The position numbers and the translations under genes were made by a program. Shown piece after piece: positions 29,569-39,506 of a stretch of 64,000 nt of DNA. Position 1 is the first letter of the stretch. Every line of letters begins with the position of its first letter. Source of the stretch: Bdellovibrionales bacterium (GTDB lineage: Bacteria > Bdellovibrionota > Bdellovibrionia > Bdellovibrionales > UBA1609); contig OZ241456.1 in NCBI GenBank assembly GCA_965200875.1, positions 1,088,001-1,152,000 of the forward strand. The letters are read 5' to 3'. The notes under the pieces were generated by a model. That model saw only the letters and a program-made list of their open reading frames with translations. It searched no databases and had not been told where the DNA came from.

Positions 29569-29735
29569 CAATAAATGTTTCCTCTAAAAAATTAGAAAAA
29601 GTGTGTTCTTGATCTCAAAAGTATTGAATCGACAAAAAAAGAAGTTTAAACCCGAGTTAGCCAAATTTTGGAGGTCAAGAACAGTTCAAATATGAAAAAC
29701 CAGCCCCGATTAAAGATAAAGCTAAATGGGCTGAT

Positions 29736-29981
29736 ATGAAAAGAAATATTTTGCAACCTGTTTCATCAAACTTTAATACAGATGAAATCACCATTATGGA
29801 ACTCACTTATAAAAAATATGGATCGCTTAGTGGTTGGCAATTATCCGCGATCACACATGCTCCAGGTACACCTTGGCACACAGCTTGGACAGAAGGCCAG
29901 TATATTAGAGGGTATTCTATAAAAAATGAAGTTATTAAAGAATATTATAAAAACCTTATAGAGGTTAATCAAAATCAATAA
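29736..29981 (+). pseudogene. C-terminal fragment of a Panacea (DUF4065/SocA-like) antitoxin
   Basis: KYGSLSGWQLSAITHAPGTPW...IKNEVIKEYY is the typical C-terminus. The N-terminal KLQKL/AWxxGP half is absent and the frame hits TAG at ~29658. Confidence 0.65.
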
Positions 29982-29991
29982 GGAATATTTT

Positions 29992-30663
29992 ATGAAAACT
30001 ATAATTGTTTTATTATTTTTAAGCTTAGGTGCTTTTAGTTATGGCCAAAATGAAAGTCAATGTAATGAACATAACTTTATAGATTTTGTGACTCAGCCTG
30101 GTAGCGAATATTCTTGCAATTTATCAGGAGCGGATTTGCGGGATTTTTATTTGGCTGGTGGGTATTTTATTAGGGCAAATTTGAGCGATGCGGATTTGAG
30201 AGGGGCAGACTTTAGTGGGGCGGATTTGAGCAGGGCAAATTTGGAAGGGGCGAATATGCGCGAAACGAATTTTAGCAATGCAAATTTAAGCGGGGCGATT
30301 GTTCAAGGTAGAGCTCATGGATCGAATTTTAGCGGGGCAAATTTAAGCCGTGCGATTATGAGAAGTACTCTTTTTGAAAGAGCGAATTTGAGTGGGGCGA
30401 ATTTGAGCAATGCGTATTTGTACAGGACACATTTTGAAAACGCGAATTTAAGCGGGGCGAATTTTAGTGGCGCGAATTTTGAAAGAGCGGATTTTAACCA
30501 TGCGGATTTGCGTGGTGTTGTGAATTTTAGTAGTGCAATAAATTTGGCTAAAGCTATGTTTGAAGATACGAAAGTTGATCCTTCAATGAAGGATCATTTA
30601 ATCTCAATAGGTGCAAAGGGTTCTGTTGTTGTAAATGGTGAGAAAATAAGAATAAATTTATGA
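29992..30663 (+). CDS. Secreted pentapeptide-repeat protein
   Basis: A(D/N)L(S/R)x repeats; signal peptide. Confidence 0.9.
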   Translation: MKTIIVLLFLSLGAFSYGQNESQCNEHNFIDFVTQPGSEYSCNLSGADLRDFYLAGGYFIRANLSDADLRGADFSGADLSRANLEGANMRETNFSNANLSGAIVQGRAHGSNFSGANLSRAIMRSTLFERANLSGANLSNAYLYRTHFENANLSGANFSGANFERADFNHADLRGVVNFSSAINLAKAMFEDTKVDPSMKDHLISIGAKGSVVVNGEKIRINL

Positions 30664-31031
30664 AAACTATAATTGTTTTATTATTTTTAAGCTTATTCTT
30701 TGTAAGCTGTGGGGAGAGTCAAACAAGTACTCCTCCTGAAGATGGTGCTAAACCGAAAGGTGATGCTACAGTATGTAATATCAATAATTATAGGGACTAT
30801 ATAAATAAGCCTGGAGAACATAAATGTAATTTATCCGGGGCGGATTTGAGCGGTGTTGATTTGAGTAATGCGAATTTACGAGGTGCGGATTTGAGCCGTG
30901 CTGATTTGCAAGGTGCGAATATGAGTGGTGCAGATGTGAGCGGTGCAAAGTTTCTTGGTGCGAAAGTTGATCAGGGAGTGGCAGATTATTTAAAATCACA
31001 AAATATAATCGGTTTTAGAATTGTAAAATAA
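30660..31031 (+). CDS. Pentapeptide-repeat lipoprotein
   Basis: Lipobox FVSC, ADLS/ANLR repeats; paralog of the upstream gene. Confidence 0.88.
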   Translation: MKTIIVLLFLSLFFVSCGESQTSTPPEDGAKPKGDATVCNINNYRDYINKPGEHKCNLSGADLSGVDLSNANLRGADLSRADLQGANMSGADVSGAKFLGAKVDQGVADYLKSQNIIGFRIVK

Positions 31032-31127
31032 TCATGCCTTCTGTATTCCTTCTTGTCGACCTTCCTCTTTAATGTGTTCTCTTATGTTCATATAACCTCC
31101 TTTTGAAAAAATATCATTAATAACAAC
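31032..31127 (-). pseudogene. Rpn C-terminal fragment with SD and 19-aa mini-ORF MNIREHIKEEGRQEGIQKA (31091-31032)
   Basis: Near-identical to ~58487-58574, including AAAAGGAGGTTATATG. Confidence 0.75.
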
Positions 31128-31151
31128 CTATTTATCGGAAAATTCTCTCTT

Positions 31152-31235
31152 GAAAAACTGAAAGTCAAGTTGTTGGCTTTCAGTCCCTTGCAGGCAGGAA
31201 TCTAGGAAAATAACATATTTTTTCACGAGTCACTA
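31152..31235 (-). mobile_element. Partial MITE/REP-like element with nested hairpin
   Basis: Minus strand TAGTGACTCGTGAAAAAATATGTTATTTTCCTAGATTCCTGCCTGCAAGGGACTGAAAGCCAACAACTTGACTTTCAGT matches the left half of the 18300 copy. Confidence 0.72.
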
Positions 31236-31273
31236 TTTACAAATGTAAATACTTTTATTATACTTTATTTGAA

Positions 31274-31585
31274 ATGAAATTTTGGGGATTCAACTGGGAC
31301 ACCAGCAATGCAGATAAATGTCAGAAACATGGACTTACTCAGACGGAGATAGAGCATTTTTTTCAATAGAAAAAGATTTATGTAGTACCAGATACTAAAC
31401 ATTCATCTATTGAAGAGCGGTTTTTAGCTATTGGAAAAGGGTTAAGAAATAAAATGATTGTTGTAGCATTTACTTTTAGAAATCAAAGAGGAAAACAGTT
31501 TATTAGACCTATAAGTGCCCGATTTATGAATAAAAAGGAGGTTCAAAAATATGAAAAAGAAATTGAAAAAACTGAAAACAAATAA
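31274..31585 (+). pseudogene. brnT: BrnT-family toxin (DUF497) interrupted by in-frame TAG at 31367-31369
   Basis: Manual translation: MKFWGFNWDTSNADKCQKHGLTQTEIEHFFQ*KKIYVVPDTKHSSIEERFLAIG...IRPISARFMNKKEVQKYE; overlaps the antitoxin start. Confidence 0.85.
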
Positions 31586-31793
31586 AGAAGCTGAAAAGCT
31601 TTTAAGTCAGGATTTATCTTCTTACATACATCCTGAAAATTTTAAGCCTATGCGGTTTGAATTAAAACCAAAAAATCAAACAGTTACAATACGAATGTCA
31701 GAAGGACTTTTAGAAGCTTTAAAAAGAAAATCAAAAAAACAAGGGATTCATTATCAAAAGCTAATACGACAAGCTCTTGAAAAAGCACTTTAG
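31551..31793 (+). CDS. brnA: BrnA/CopG-like ribbon-helix-helix antitoxin
   Basis: PKNQTVTIRMSEGLLEALKRKS..GIHYQKLIRQALE; directly downstream of brnT. Confidence 0.85.
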   Translation: MKKKLKKLKTNKEAEKLLSQDLSSYIHPENFKPMRFELKPKNQTVTIRMSEGLLEALKRKSKKQGIHYQKLIRQALEKAL

Positions 31794-31925
31794 TCAGTAC
31801 TCCTGTATCTCTTTTGATTTTTTTCTAAAAGATTTATACTGTTGGATTCCTTCTTGTCGACCTTCCTTTTTAATGTGTTCTCTATGCCCGACAGCCGATT
31901 TTTTTGTTGTTTTTGTCATAAGGAT

Positions 31926-32189
31926 TTAGGTTGATTGCTTGCTTAAGATCTTATCCAGTTTAATATTCAATTCTTTAAGCTCACCTTTCACTTCTGTTTT
32001 AAACTCTTTCACTTCTGTTTTAAACTCTTTAAGCTCTTTTTGCATACTGGCTTGGTTTTCCCTTACTGGCTGTAAAAGAATCTTAAACACAAAACCTAAT
32101 CCCGCAAATACAGAGCAAAAAGATATGACTGAAGTCAATACCAATGCAATTAAAGCCGTTACCAAAGTTACATTTAAAGTTATTTCCAT
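31926..32189 (-). CDS. Small N-terminally anchored coiled-coil protein
   Basis: Hydrophobic N-half, KEFKTEV heptad duplication (21-bp repeat); TGGTATAAT promoter and SD AAGGTGGTG upstream. Confidence 0.7.
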   Translation of the reverse strand: MEITLNVTLVTALIALVLTSVISFCSVFAGLGFVFKILLQPVRENQASMQKELKEFKTEVKEFKTEVKGELKELNIKLDKILSKQST

Positions 32190-32283
32190 AACACCACCTT
32201 TTTTTGGATTATTTGATTATTATACCACTGTTTTTTATTTTTACAAGCAAAACAAAACTGGAAAAATTCTATAGACACTGACC

Positions 32284-32337
32284 GAGACTGAAAAACCAAT
32301 AACTTGTCTTTTCAGTTGACTTTTTCACAGAAGACTA
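32284..32337. repeat. Nested hairpin plus MITE end overlapping the pheT stop
   Basis: GACTGAAAAACCAATAACTTGTCTTTTCAGT followed by TTTTTCACAGAAGACTA. Confidence 0.6.
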
Positions 32338-34980
32338 GTGAGTGTCAGAACTAAAGGCTCTTAATTTAATGGGGTATTGATCTGTTAGTTTTTTTGTCAA
32401 TTTGTCTTGTAGTTTTTTCAAATCCTCTTCTGCGAGAGTTTTTTTATCGGACTGCAAAGTCAAACGAAAAGAAATGGAGCGAGTGTTCTCTTTACAGGTC
32501 TGCTCATTTTCATAAATATCAAAAATTCTAACTTTTCTGCAAACAGGCCCGGCAGAGTTTTTTATCTCTTTTACGATATTATCTGCCGGAAAATCTTTTG
32601 GAACCAAAAAAGACAAATCTCTTTCCACCACAGGAAAAGGAGACAAATTTTGAAAGTCCATTTTTACAATATTTTGAGCCATAAGAAATTGTGTGTTTAT
32701 CTCAGCTAAAGCCATATTGACTCTTATTTTGTAAGTTTCTGCGTAAAGAGGATTAAGAGAACCTATATAAGCAACAGTCTTCCCCCCTACTTTTAACACC
32801 ATATACTGACTAGGATGAATAAACGAAGGGTTGTCTTTTTCTTCTACAATCCATTTATAATCACAAACTCCAAAAATTGCCAAAAGAGAATTTAAAGCTG
32901 TTTTTAAATCATAAATACAAGATCTGGACTGTGAAAAGTCCCCTTCCCGTGCACGGGGTTTTAACCATAAATCCTCTTCCTGCCCCCAAGCAACAAGACC
33001 AAGATATGAAGATTCTTTATAGCCGTTTTTCTTCTGATCAGATTGTTTGGACTCGCTATCACTAATAAATCTGGAAAATACTTTTCCAAGTTCAAACAAC
33101 CGACCATACAAACGCTCGTGCCTGATACTCCTCTGAGCATTCTTAAATAAAGACGGTGCTAGGCTGACTCTCATCATATTATATTCCGCACTTAAGGGGT
33201 TTTGAATAATCACAGGAACTGATTTTTCCAACAACTTCCCTGAAAACGAAGACTGATCATATCGAGTAGAATCCGCAGAACTTTCAGTAGGAGCAGAAAA
33301 TTTACCACCTGGGTTCAAAAAAGAATCTGAAAATTTCCGGGAAATAAAACTATGATTAATGGCCTGATAAAAACCCTCATGCACCAAAATACGCGCTATT
33401 TTCAAAGAAACTGTGTGTTCATTTTGATCGGGTTTAGGAAAAGTGCTTAAATAAGATATTTTTTCAGGGATTTTATCGTAACCTTCTAAGCGTGCATATT
33501 CCTCTATAAGATCTTCTTTTATCTTCAAATCAAAACGAAAATATGGTGGCGTGATTTTTATTCTGTCGTCCGTAGCAGAATGTGTTGGACTGTTGTCTAG
33601 CCCTGAAAAAGAACTGTTACTTTGAACCACACAACCCAGACGCTTCATCCAGTCCTGAAATTTTTTGAAGGAAACTTCCATACCTAATCTTTTTTCCAAA
33701 TTCTTTTTTTGAATTTCAATGGGTTTTGGGGGTTCTGTATTTTCCCGGATATCATATTCATCGGGAGAAAATTCTCCTCCTGTCATATTTTGAATTAAAA
33801 CCAATGCTTTATGTAAAATATTTAAGGTATTTTCTGAAGATACTCCTCGGCTAAAAAGATAAGAGGAGTCTGTTTCAATATGAAATCTTTTTGAAGTTCT
33901 GCGCACTTGGGTTGGTTCAAAACAAGCGGACTCTAAAAAAATATTTTTCGTGTTTGAATGAATGCCCGACTTCACTCCCCCTATAACCCCAGCCAAAGCC
34001 AAAGGCTCTTTTCTGTCCCGAATACAAAGCTCTTTTCCACTCAATATAATTTCCTGATTATCCAATGTTTGAAATTTTTCTTTCTCTCTGGAAAAATCCA
34101 CCACGATTTTTTCTTTTAATATATCCAAATCAAAGGCATGTAAAGGTTGCCCCCATTGAATCAAAAAATAATTCGTAACATCCACAATATTGTTTATGGA
34201 TTTTAACCCCAAATTTTCTAAACACACCCTTAACCACAGAGGAGAGGGTTTTACCTTCACTCCATATATCGCCCGACCAGTATACCGTCTGCATAGTTTT
34301 GGCTGATTAACCTCCAAACCTAAACATTTTTGAATGGAAGAACCTGTAGAATTACGAAGAATATCTGAAAAATCCTCTTTTCCGGGGTTGATAAATTCCA
34401 TACACGGCCGGTTTAAAATACAGGAAAGCTCTCTTGCCAAACCAAAATGGCTTAAGCAATCTGCTCGGTTAGGTGTGATATCAATATCAAAAATGATATC
34501 ATTTAAGCGAGCATAAGAAGAAAAATCAGTTCCCACACGAACCTCTGATGGCAAAACAATAATCCCTCCTTTATCTTCTTCCATTTCCATAAAACCCAAT
34601 TCACCAAGAGAAACCAACATACCTTCACTGAGTTCTCCACGAATTTTTCTTATTTTGATTTTAAAAGGGCCTGGCAACACTGCTCCAGGGAGGGCTAAAA
34701 CCACTTTATCCCCTTCTTTAAAATTATCAGCCCCGCATACAATAGAGTGCAATTTATCCTGTCCGCTGAACACTTGACACAAACTGAGACGATCTGCTGA
34801 AGGATGCGATCTCTTGCTTCTTACCTCCGCAATTACCAGATCATTAATTTTTTTTTTCGTCCATTCCTCCACCTCAAACCCGGAATGGGAAAGCTTATCA
34901 AATAAATTATGTGGTTTGTTAAAAAAATCCGATAAGTCAATAAAATCATTTAAAAAATTAAAAGAAAATTTCAACTGCAC
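32335..34980 (-). CDS. pheT: Phenylalanine--tRNA ligase beta subunit
   Basis: HPSADRL, IVCGADN, ITPNRADCLS, INNIVDVTN, GQPLHAFD, DLIEEYAR, FDX-ACB C-terminus. Confidence 0.97.
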   Translation of the reverse strand: MQLKFSFNFLNDFIDLSDFFNKPHNLFDKLSHSGFEVEEWTKKKINDLVIAEVRSKRSHPSADRLSLCQVFSGQDKLHSIVCGADNFKEGDKVVLALPGAVLPGPFKIKIRKIRGELSEGMLVSLGELGFMEMEEDKGGIIVLPSEVRVGTDFSSYARLNDIIFDIDITPNRADCLSHFGLARELSCILNRPCMEFINPGKEDFSDILRNSTGSSIQKCLGLEVNQPKLCRRYTGRAIYGVKVKPSPLWLRVCLENLGLKSINNIVDVTNYFLIQWGQPLHAFDLDILKEKIVVDFSREKEKFQTLDNQEIILSGKELCIRDRKEPLALAGVIGGVKSGIHSNTKNIFLESACFEPTQVRRTSKRFHIETDSSYLFSRGVSSENTLNILHKALVLIQNMTGGEFSPDEYDIRENTEPPKPIEIQKKNLEKRLGMEVSFKKFQDWMKRLGCVVQSNSSFSGLDNSPTHSATDDRIKITPPYFRFDLKIKEDLIEEYARLEGYDKIPEKISYLSTFPKPDQNEHTVSLKIARILVHEGFYQAINHSFISRKFSDSFLNPGGKFSAPTESSADSTRYDQSSFSGKLLEKSVPVIIQNPLSAEYNMMRVSLAPSLFKNAQRSIRHERLYGRLFELGKVFSRFISDSESKQSDQKKNGYKESSYLGLVAWGQEEDLWLKPRAREGDFSQSRSCIYDLKTALNSLLAIFGVCDYKWIVEEKDNPSFIHPSQYMVLKVGGKTVAYIGSLNPLYAETYKIRVNMALAEINTQFLMAQNIVKMDFQNLSPFPVVERDLSFLVPKDFPADNIVKEIKNSAGPVCRKVRIFDIYENEQTCKENTRSISFRLTLQSDKKTLAEEDLKKLQDKLTKKLTDQYPIKLRAFSSDTH

Positions 34981-35033
34981 TCCTTTTTTTATCTTATCTC
35001 ATTAAAGATAAAATCTCTTAAAAAAAACAACCT

Positions 35034-36089
35034 TTACAAGTCCCTTTGGAAATAAAACTGTTCCAAAAAACGAATATCATTTTCCAAAAAAAGTTTGATA
35101 TGAGGAATACCATAATACACTATAGCCAGTCTTTCCACTCCCAAACCAAAAGCAAAGCCTTCCCATTTTTCAGGAGAAATACCAGAAAGCTTTAACACCT
35201 TTGGGTGCATCAATCCACAACCTCCTATTTCCATCCAGCCACTTTGCTTGCACATGGAACAGCCTTTCATCTCACATATAGGGCAGGAACAGTCATATTC
35301 AGCAGAAGGCTCTGTAAAAGGAAAATAACTGGGGCGAAACCGCACTTTTGTTTTATTTCCAAAAAGGGCTTTCACAAAATAAGATAAAGAACCTTTTAAA
35401 TGAGCCATTGAAACATGAGTGTCAATAAACATTCCCTCCACTTGGTGAAAAGTCGGTGAATGAGACACATCATTATCCCTGCGAAACACTTTTCCCGGTG
35501 CCAATACAGCTAAAGGTGGTTTTTCCTCTAACATACTTCTCACCTGAATAGGGCTGGTGTGAGTGCGCAATACATAAGAGGAATCAATATAAAAAGTGTC
35601 TTGAAGATCGCGTGAAGGATGATCAGCGGGAATATTCAAAGCTTTAAAATTATTCCAATCACTTTCAATCAAAGGTCCTGTTCGCACGCTGTAACCCAGA
35701 TTTTTAAATGTCTCCACGGTTTTTTGAATAATCATCTGCACGGGATGCAAGCTTCCACTTTGAGGACTAGGGCCTGGCAAACTTAAATCCAATTTCTCTG
35801 ATTTTATTTTTTGATCCAATTCCCGCACCTTTAACTGCTGAGAGAGTGTGGTATAAAGTTTTTCCAGATCACTTTTCTTCTCATTCATCCATTTGCCAAA
35901 AAGTGGTCTATCCTTTGGCGCAAGGTTTTTCATTTCTTTTATGGTTTTTTGAAAAGAACTTTTACTACCCATAAACTGGGTTTTTAAATCATAGAGTGCT
36001 GAAGAGGTTTTAGCAGATTGAAAAGCTTTTTCAGCAGATTGAACCAGCCCGGACAGCTTGTTTTTAAGATCCTGAACCGAAGCAGACAT
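35034..36089 (-). CDS. pheS: Phenylalanine--tRNA ligase alpha subunit
   Basis: HPSRDLQDTFY, LRTHTSP, FHQVEG, FRPSYFPFTEPS, GFAFGLGVER. Confidence 0.98.
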   Translation of the reverse strand: MSASVQDLKNKLSGLVQSAEKAFQSAKTSSALYDLKTQFMGSKSSFQKTIKEMKNLAPKDRPLFGKWMNEKKSDLEKLYTTLSQQLKVRELDQKIKSEKLDLSLPGPSPQSGSLHPVQMIIQKTVETFKNLGYSVRTGPLIESDWNNFKALNIPADHPSRDLQDTFYIDSSYVLRTHTSPIQVRSMLEEKPPLAVLAPGKVFRRDNDVSHSPTFHQVEGMFIDTHVSMAHLKGSLSYFVKALFGNKTKVRFRPSYFPFTEPSAEYDCSCPICEMKGCSMCKQSGWMEIGGCGLMHPKVLKLSGISPEKWEGFAFGLGVERLAIVYYGIPHIKLFLENDIRFLEQFYFQRDL

Positions 36090-36697
36090 AAGTTTTCTCT
36101 CTCATTTCAATATGTCAGTCAGAATATGTCAGCCAGAAAGGCTACAAACAACTTGAAAAACTGAAACGAAATTTGTTGCTCCTGTCATTCAAACCATTCT
36201 TCACATTCTGCACTCTTGTTCATATTATCCTCTGCCTGCAACCTGGGAAGCAAAGTGCTTTCATACGTACCCTGTCCCACTTTTTGCTCACCAAAAACTT
36301 TATAGTTATCCCTCTCACATTTTATGGAACTTCCTTAATCCGGCGAGGAGTTGGAAACCATGCCCGGTTTTAGAGCAGAACCAATCATATTTACTTTATT
36401 ACTATAAAGTTTTTTTCACGCCTGAATATTCTTAAATAAGATAGTAAATTACATTTTAACTGTCCAGATAAAAAAACTTATTTTCTTATAAAATTCCCAA
36501 TCTTCATTGGTAAAGACAAATCAAAGTGGACTTTACAAAACGATCGTGAAAGTTCTTAACAATATACAGTGTTTTTCCACAAAACCAGATTTTGTAGTAA
36601 TGCAGTCATGCAGAAAAAAACTGTTAACACATTGTTATTATTTGATTTTTTTATAAAAAGTTTGGGGAAATAATGGCAAGATTTTTTTCACGAAAGA

Positions 36698-37909
36698 CTA
36701 TTTGGTTCTACTAAAAGCCGGAACAAGATAACTTTTTATATGATCTGGAGGTTGCTCAGACCACAAACTCAGGACACATCCTTCAACTCCAGATCCCGTT
36801 GGCTTTACCGCCTCAGCACCATTATCCTTTAAAAATGATATAAGCTTCCGCATATTTTCCCCGACAAGATTCCACTTAAAAAAACAATCCTCCGCCAGAA
36901 AAAATGACTGTTTTAACAAATCAAAACCTTCTTCCCTATTTAATTTTTCCAATCCCTTTTTAGCTGTTAAAACCGCCTGTGTCATTTGTTGATTCAATAT
37001 TTCCGCTTTCTGCGGTTCTTTCTCCCAAAACAATTTCATTTTTTTTATATTCTCTTTTGTTGAATGGGGGACTGACACAGAACGAGATAAGAAAACATGA
37101 GGTTGCCAGCAAGGCCGAAATGCCTGTATATGCGGAATGTTTTTTATGGCAGGAAAATACTCTTCTGAGGTTATCTGTTTTTGTTTTTCAGAAGTATGCA
37201 CTACTTTTTTAGAAATAAGTTTTTCTTCCTGAGAAGACAAGCATTGTTGCCATTTATCCACTGCTACTGATGAATTTCTATGACAAAATAAAATAGGCTC
37301 CCCAGCCAAAACAGCGGCTATATCCACCCCACTGCTTTGGCCATGTAAACTGTTCTCCAAGGAATGGCAAAAATAAAACAGTTCCTTTTCTTTTATCCAC
37401 TTTAGCAAATAAAACAGCCGGCCAATTAAGACACATACTACGGCAGAAGCCCCTAAACCCACGCCAAAAACAATATGGGAGCTGATTTCAATTATTCCTC
37501 TGAGGTCAAAACGGCTTTTGGATATATCCTGAAGAGCTTGATCCAAAACAGTTTGAAAAATCTCCTGAAAATCAAATTGTAAAAAACACCCGTGGAAATA
37601 TTTTTCTGCATGTTCACTATGTTCTGCATGTTCACTATGAAGAACAGCACCCGCCCTCTTCGTTTCTTTTTTGGAAATCTCCAAAAATGGTTTTCCCTTA
37701 TTTGAAAACAAGTCTCCTGAAGACTCGACAATTCTTCGATTGATTATTTTTAAGGAGTTACTGGCTTTTTTCTGATAACTTAACTCGATAAAATGAGAAG
37801 AAAGAGGAAAAACCAAAGCTGGACAAGACTTTAAAACTGCATACTCTCCCGCCCAAATCCATTTTCCAAAAACTTTTACAATTATTTTTTTTTCACTGTT
37901 TTTTTTCAC
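36698..37909 (-). CDS. GHMP kinase, mevalonate kinase-like, with long insertions
   Basis: GKWIWAGEYAV, GVGLGASA, HGQSSGVDIA, KPTGSG. Confidence 0.75.
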   Translation of the reverse strand: MKKNSEKKIIVKVFGKWIWAGEYAVLKSCPALVFPLSSHFIELSYQKKASNSLKIINRRIVESSGDLFSNKGKPFLEISKKETKRAGAVLHSEHAEHSEHAEKYFHGCFLQFDFQEIFQTVLDQALQDISKSRFDLRGIIEISSHIVFGVGLGASAVVCVLIGRLFYLLKWIKEKELFYFCHSLENSLHGQSSGVDIAAVLAGEPILFCHRNSSVAVDKWQQCLSSQEEKLISKKVVHTSEKQKQITSEEYFPAIKNIPHIQAFRPCWQPHVFLSRSVSVPHSTKENIKKMKLFWEKEPQKAEILNQQMTQAVLTAKKGLEKLNREEGFDLLKQSFFLAEDCFFKWNLVGENMRKLISFLKDNGAEAVKPTGSGVEGCVLSLWSEQPPDHIKSYLVPAFSRTK

Positions 37910-37929
37910 TAAAACCCAAAGCTGAAGAG

Positions 37930-39153
37930 CTAGATTTTTCCACTTGCTTCGCAGGTGCTTTTTCCACTTGCTTGGCTTTCCTTGTCTGCGTCTTCTTGTG
38001 ATGTGCTCAAAGCTGGAGAACTGGATTTTTCCACTTGCTCCGCCACCGGGGCGCTTTCCTTGCTCGCGTCTTCTTGTGATGTGCTCAAAGCTGGAGAACT
38101 GGATTTTTCCACTTGCTCCGCCGGTACGCTTCCTCCACTTGCTTGGCTTTCCTTGCTCGCGTCTTCTTGTGATGTGCTCAAAGCTAGAGAACTAGATTTT
38201 TCCACTTGCTCCGCCGGTACGCTTCCTCCACTTGCTTGGCTTTCCTTGCTTGCGTCTTCTTGTAATGTGCTCAAAGCTGGAGAGCTGACTTTTTTCACTT
38301 GCTCCGCAGGTGCGCTTCCTCCACTTGCTTGGCTTTCCTTGCTTGCGTCTTCTTGTAATGTGCTCAAAGCTGGAGAGCTGACTTTTTTCACTTGCTCCGC
38401 AGGTGCGCTTCCTCCACTTTCTTGGCTTTCCTTGCTCGCGTCTTCTTGTGATGTGCTCAAAGCTGAAGAGCTGACTTTTTTCACTTGCTTCGCAGGTACG
38501 CTTCCTCCACTTTCTTGGCTTTCCTCTTTCTTTTTCCTTTCCTTTTTTTCTCTTTCTGCTAGTATTTTCTCATAAAATTTAATCTTTCCAGGAGCTTTCT
38601 TAGCGCGAGTTAATAATTCATACATATGGAGTCCGTGATCATTTTTTGGTAAACTATCCTTATTCTCTTCCAACCATTTCCCCATATCTTCACAATTATA
38701 TTTTTTTTCTATCTCTGTGATTGCAGTTTGAAACTTATCTTTTTGGCTTGCTATCTTTCTTAAGTTTTTGAGAATCTTTCTTATTTTCTCTGTAGCTAAA
38801 GGCTTTTTTTCCTTTGCTTTAATCTCTGGTGGCAAAACTTCCGGTTTATCGGGATGCTCCTTATTGTATTTATTCAACTTTTCCTTAAGAACTTTTATAT
38901 AAAACCCTTGTTTCTTACTATTCTCCAACGCTTTATTTAAAAGCTTTTGATTCTGTGGTCTCTCCCAAAAAGGCAGGTCAGGTTTTGGTTCAGGTGGCTT
39001 TTGTTTTGGCTTTGGTTGTTCCAACTCCACCAACTTTCTTATTGCCACTTTTTTAACCACCGGAGTTGTAATGTGACTTGTTTGCTTGCTATGTCTGACT
39101 TTTTTTCTTTCTGTCAGCCTGTCCAGCATTCTGTCTTCGTTTGGATTCCACAT
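37930..39153 (-). CDS. Lys-rich hypothetical protein with C-terminal 31-aa Ser/Glu-rich tandem repeats
   Basis: SD-like AAAGGGG before ATG 39153; basic N-half, repeat C-half. Confidence 0.65.
   Translation of the reverse strand: MWNPNEDRMLDRLTERKKVRHSKQTSHITTPVVKKVAIRKLVELEQPKPKQKPPEPKPDLPFWERPQNQKLLNKALENSKKQGFYIKVLKEKLNKYNKEHPDKPEVLPPEIKAKEKKPLATEKIRKILKNLRKIASQKDKFQTAITEIEKKYNCEDMGKWLEENKDSLPKNDHGLHMYELLTRAKKAPGKIKFYEKILAEREKKERKKKEESQESGGSVPAKQVKKVSSSALSTSQEDASKESQESGGSAPAEQVKKVSSPALSTLQEDASKESQASGGSAPAEQVKKVSSPALSTLQEDASKESQASGGSVPAEQVEKSSSLALSTSQEDASKESQASGGSVPAEQVEKSSSPALSTSQEDASKESAPVAEQVEKSSSPALSTSQEDADKESQASGKSTCEASGKI
37935..38525. repeat. Coding minisatellite, about 6 copies, 93-bp period (one 78-bp unit)
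   Basis: Core TCTTCTTGT(G/A)ATGTGCTCAAAGCT at 37991, 38069, 38162, 38255, 38348 and 38441. Confidence 0.92.
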
Positions 39154-39506
39154 ATTTACCCCCTTTTTTTTAATGTTGAACACAAAACCAATTAAAACAG
39201 GTTTTTTTTAGTTTTTCAGGTAACCCTCACCACCCCCGGCATATTTTCGGGTCTCCCACCTCTATATATAATATTATTGAGTATATATATATACGCTCCG
39301 GGCCAATTTTTATGACACACCACTTTTTCCCGTTTTGTCCTTAATATCTCTGTAAAAATCCAAAATTTTGTTGACATGTCGCATAAAATGCTTTTACATA
39401 TTTCTGCTATTACTCTACGCATTAAAAACTAAAACAGAATTTTCTCAACTCAAAAACATGAACCACCTGAAAATTACAGAAAATAACATATTAAGGATTA
39501 TTTAAG

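Noticed and set aside
31367..31369. Stop-codon recoding (TAG read-through) in brnT
   Set aside because: TAG terminates many normal genes here (pheT, cpaF, ftsW); a nonsense mutation is the simpler explanation.
36090..36697. Possible attenuator, ncRNA or small gene upstream of pheS
   Set aside because: Only a stop-interrupted short minus-strand frame; no Phe-rich leader peptide or convincing structure.
37955..38575. 206-aa plus-strand ORF
   Set aside because: Antisense shadow of the 93-bp coding repeat.
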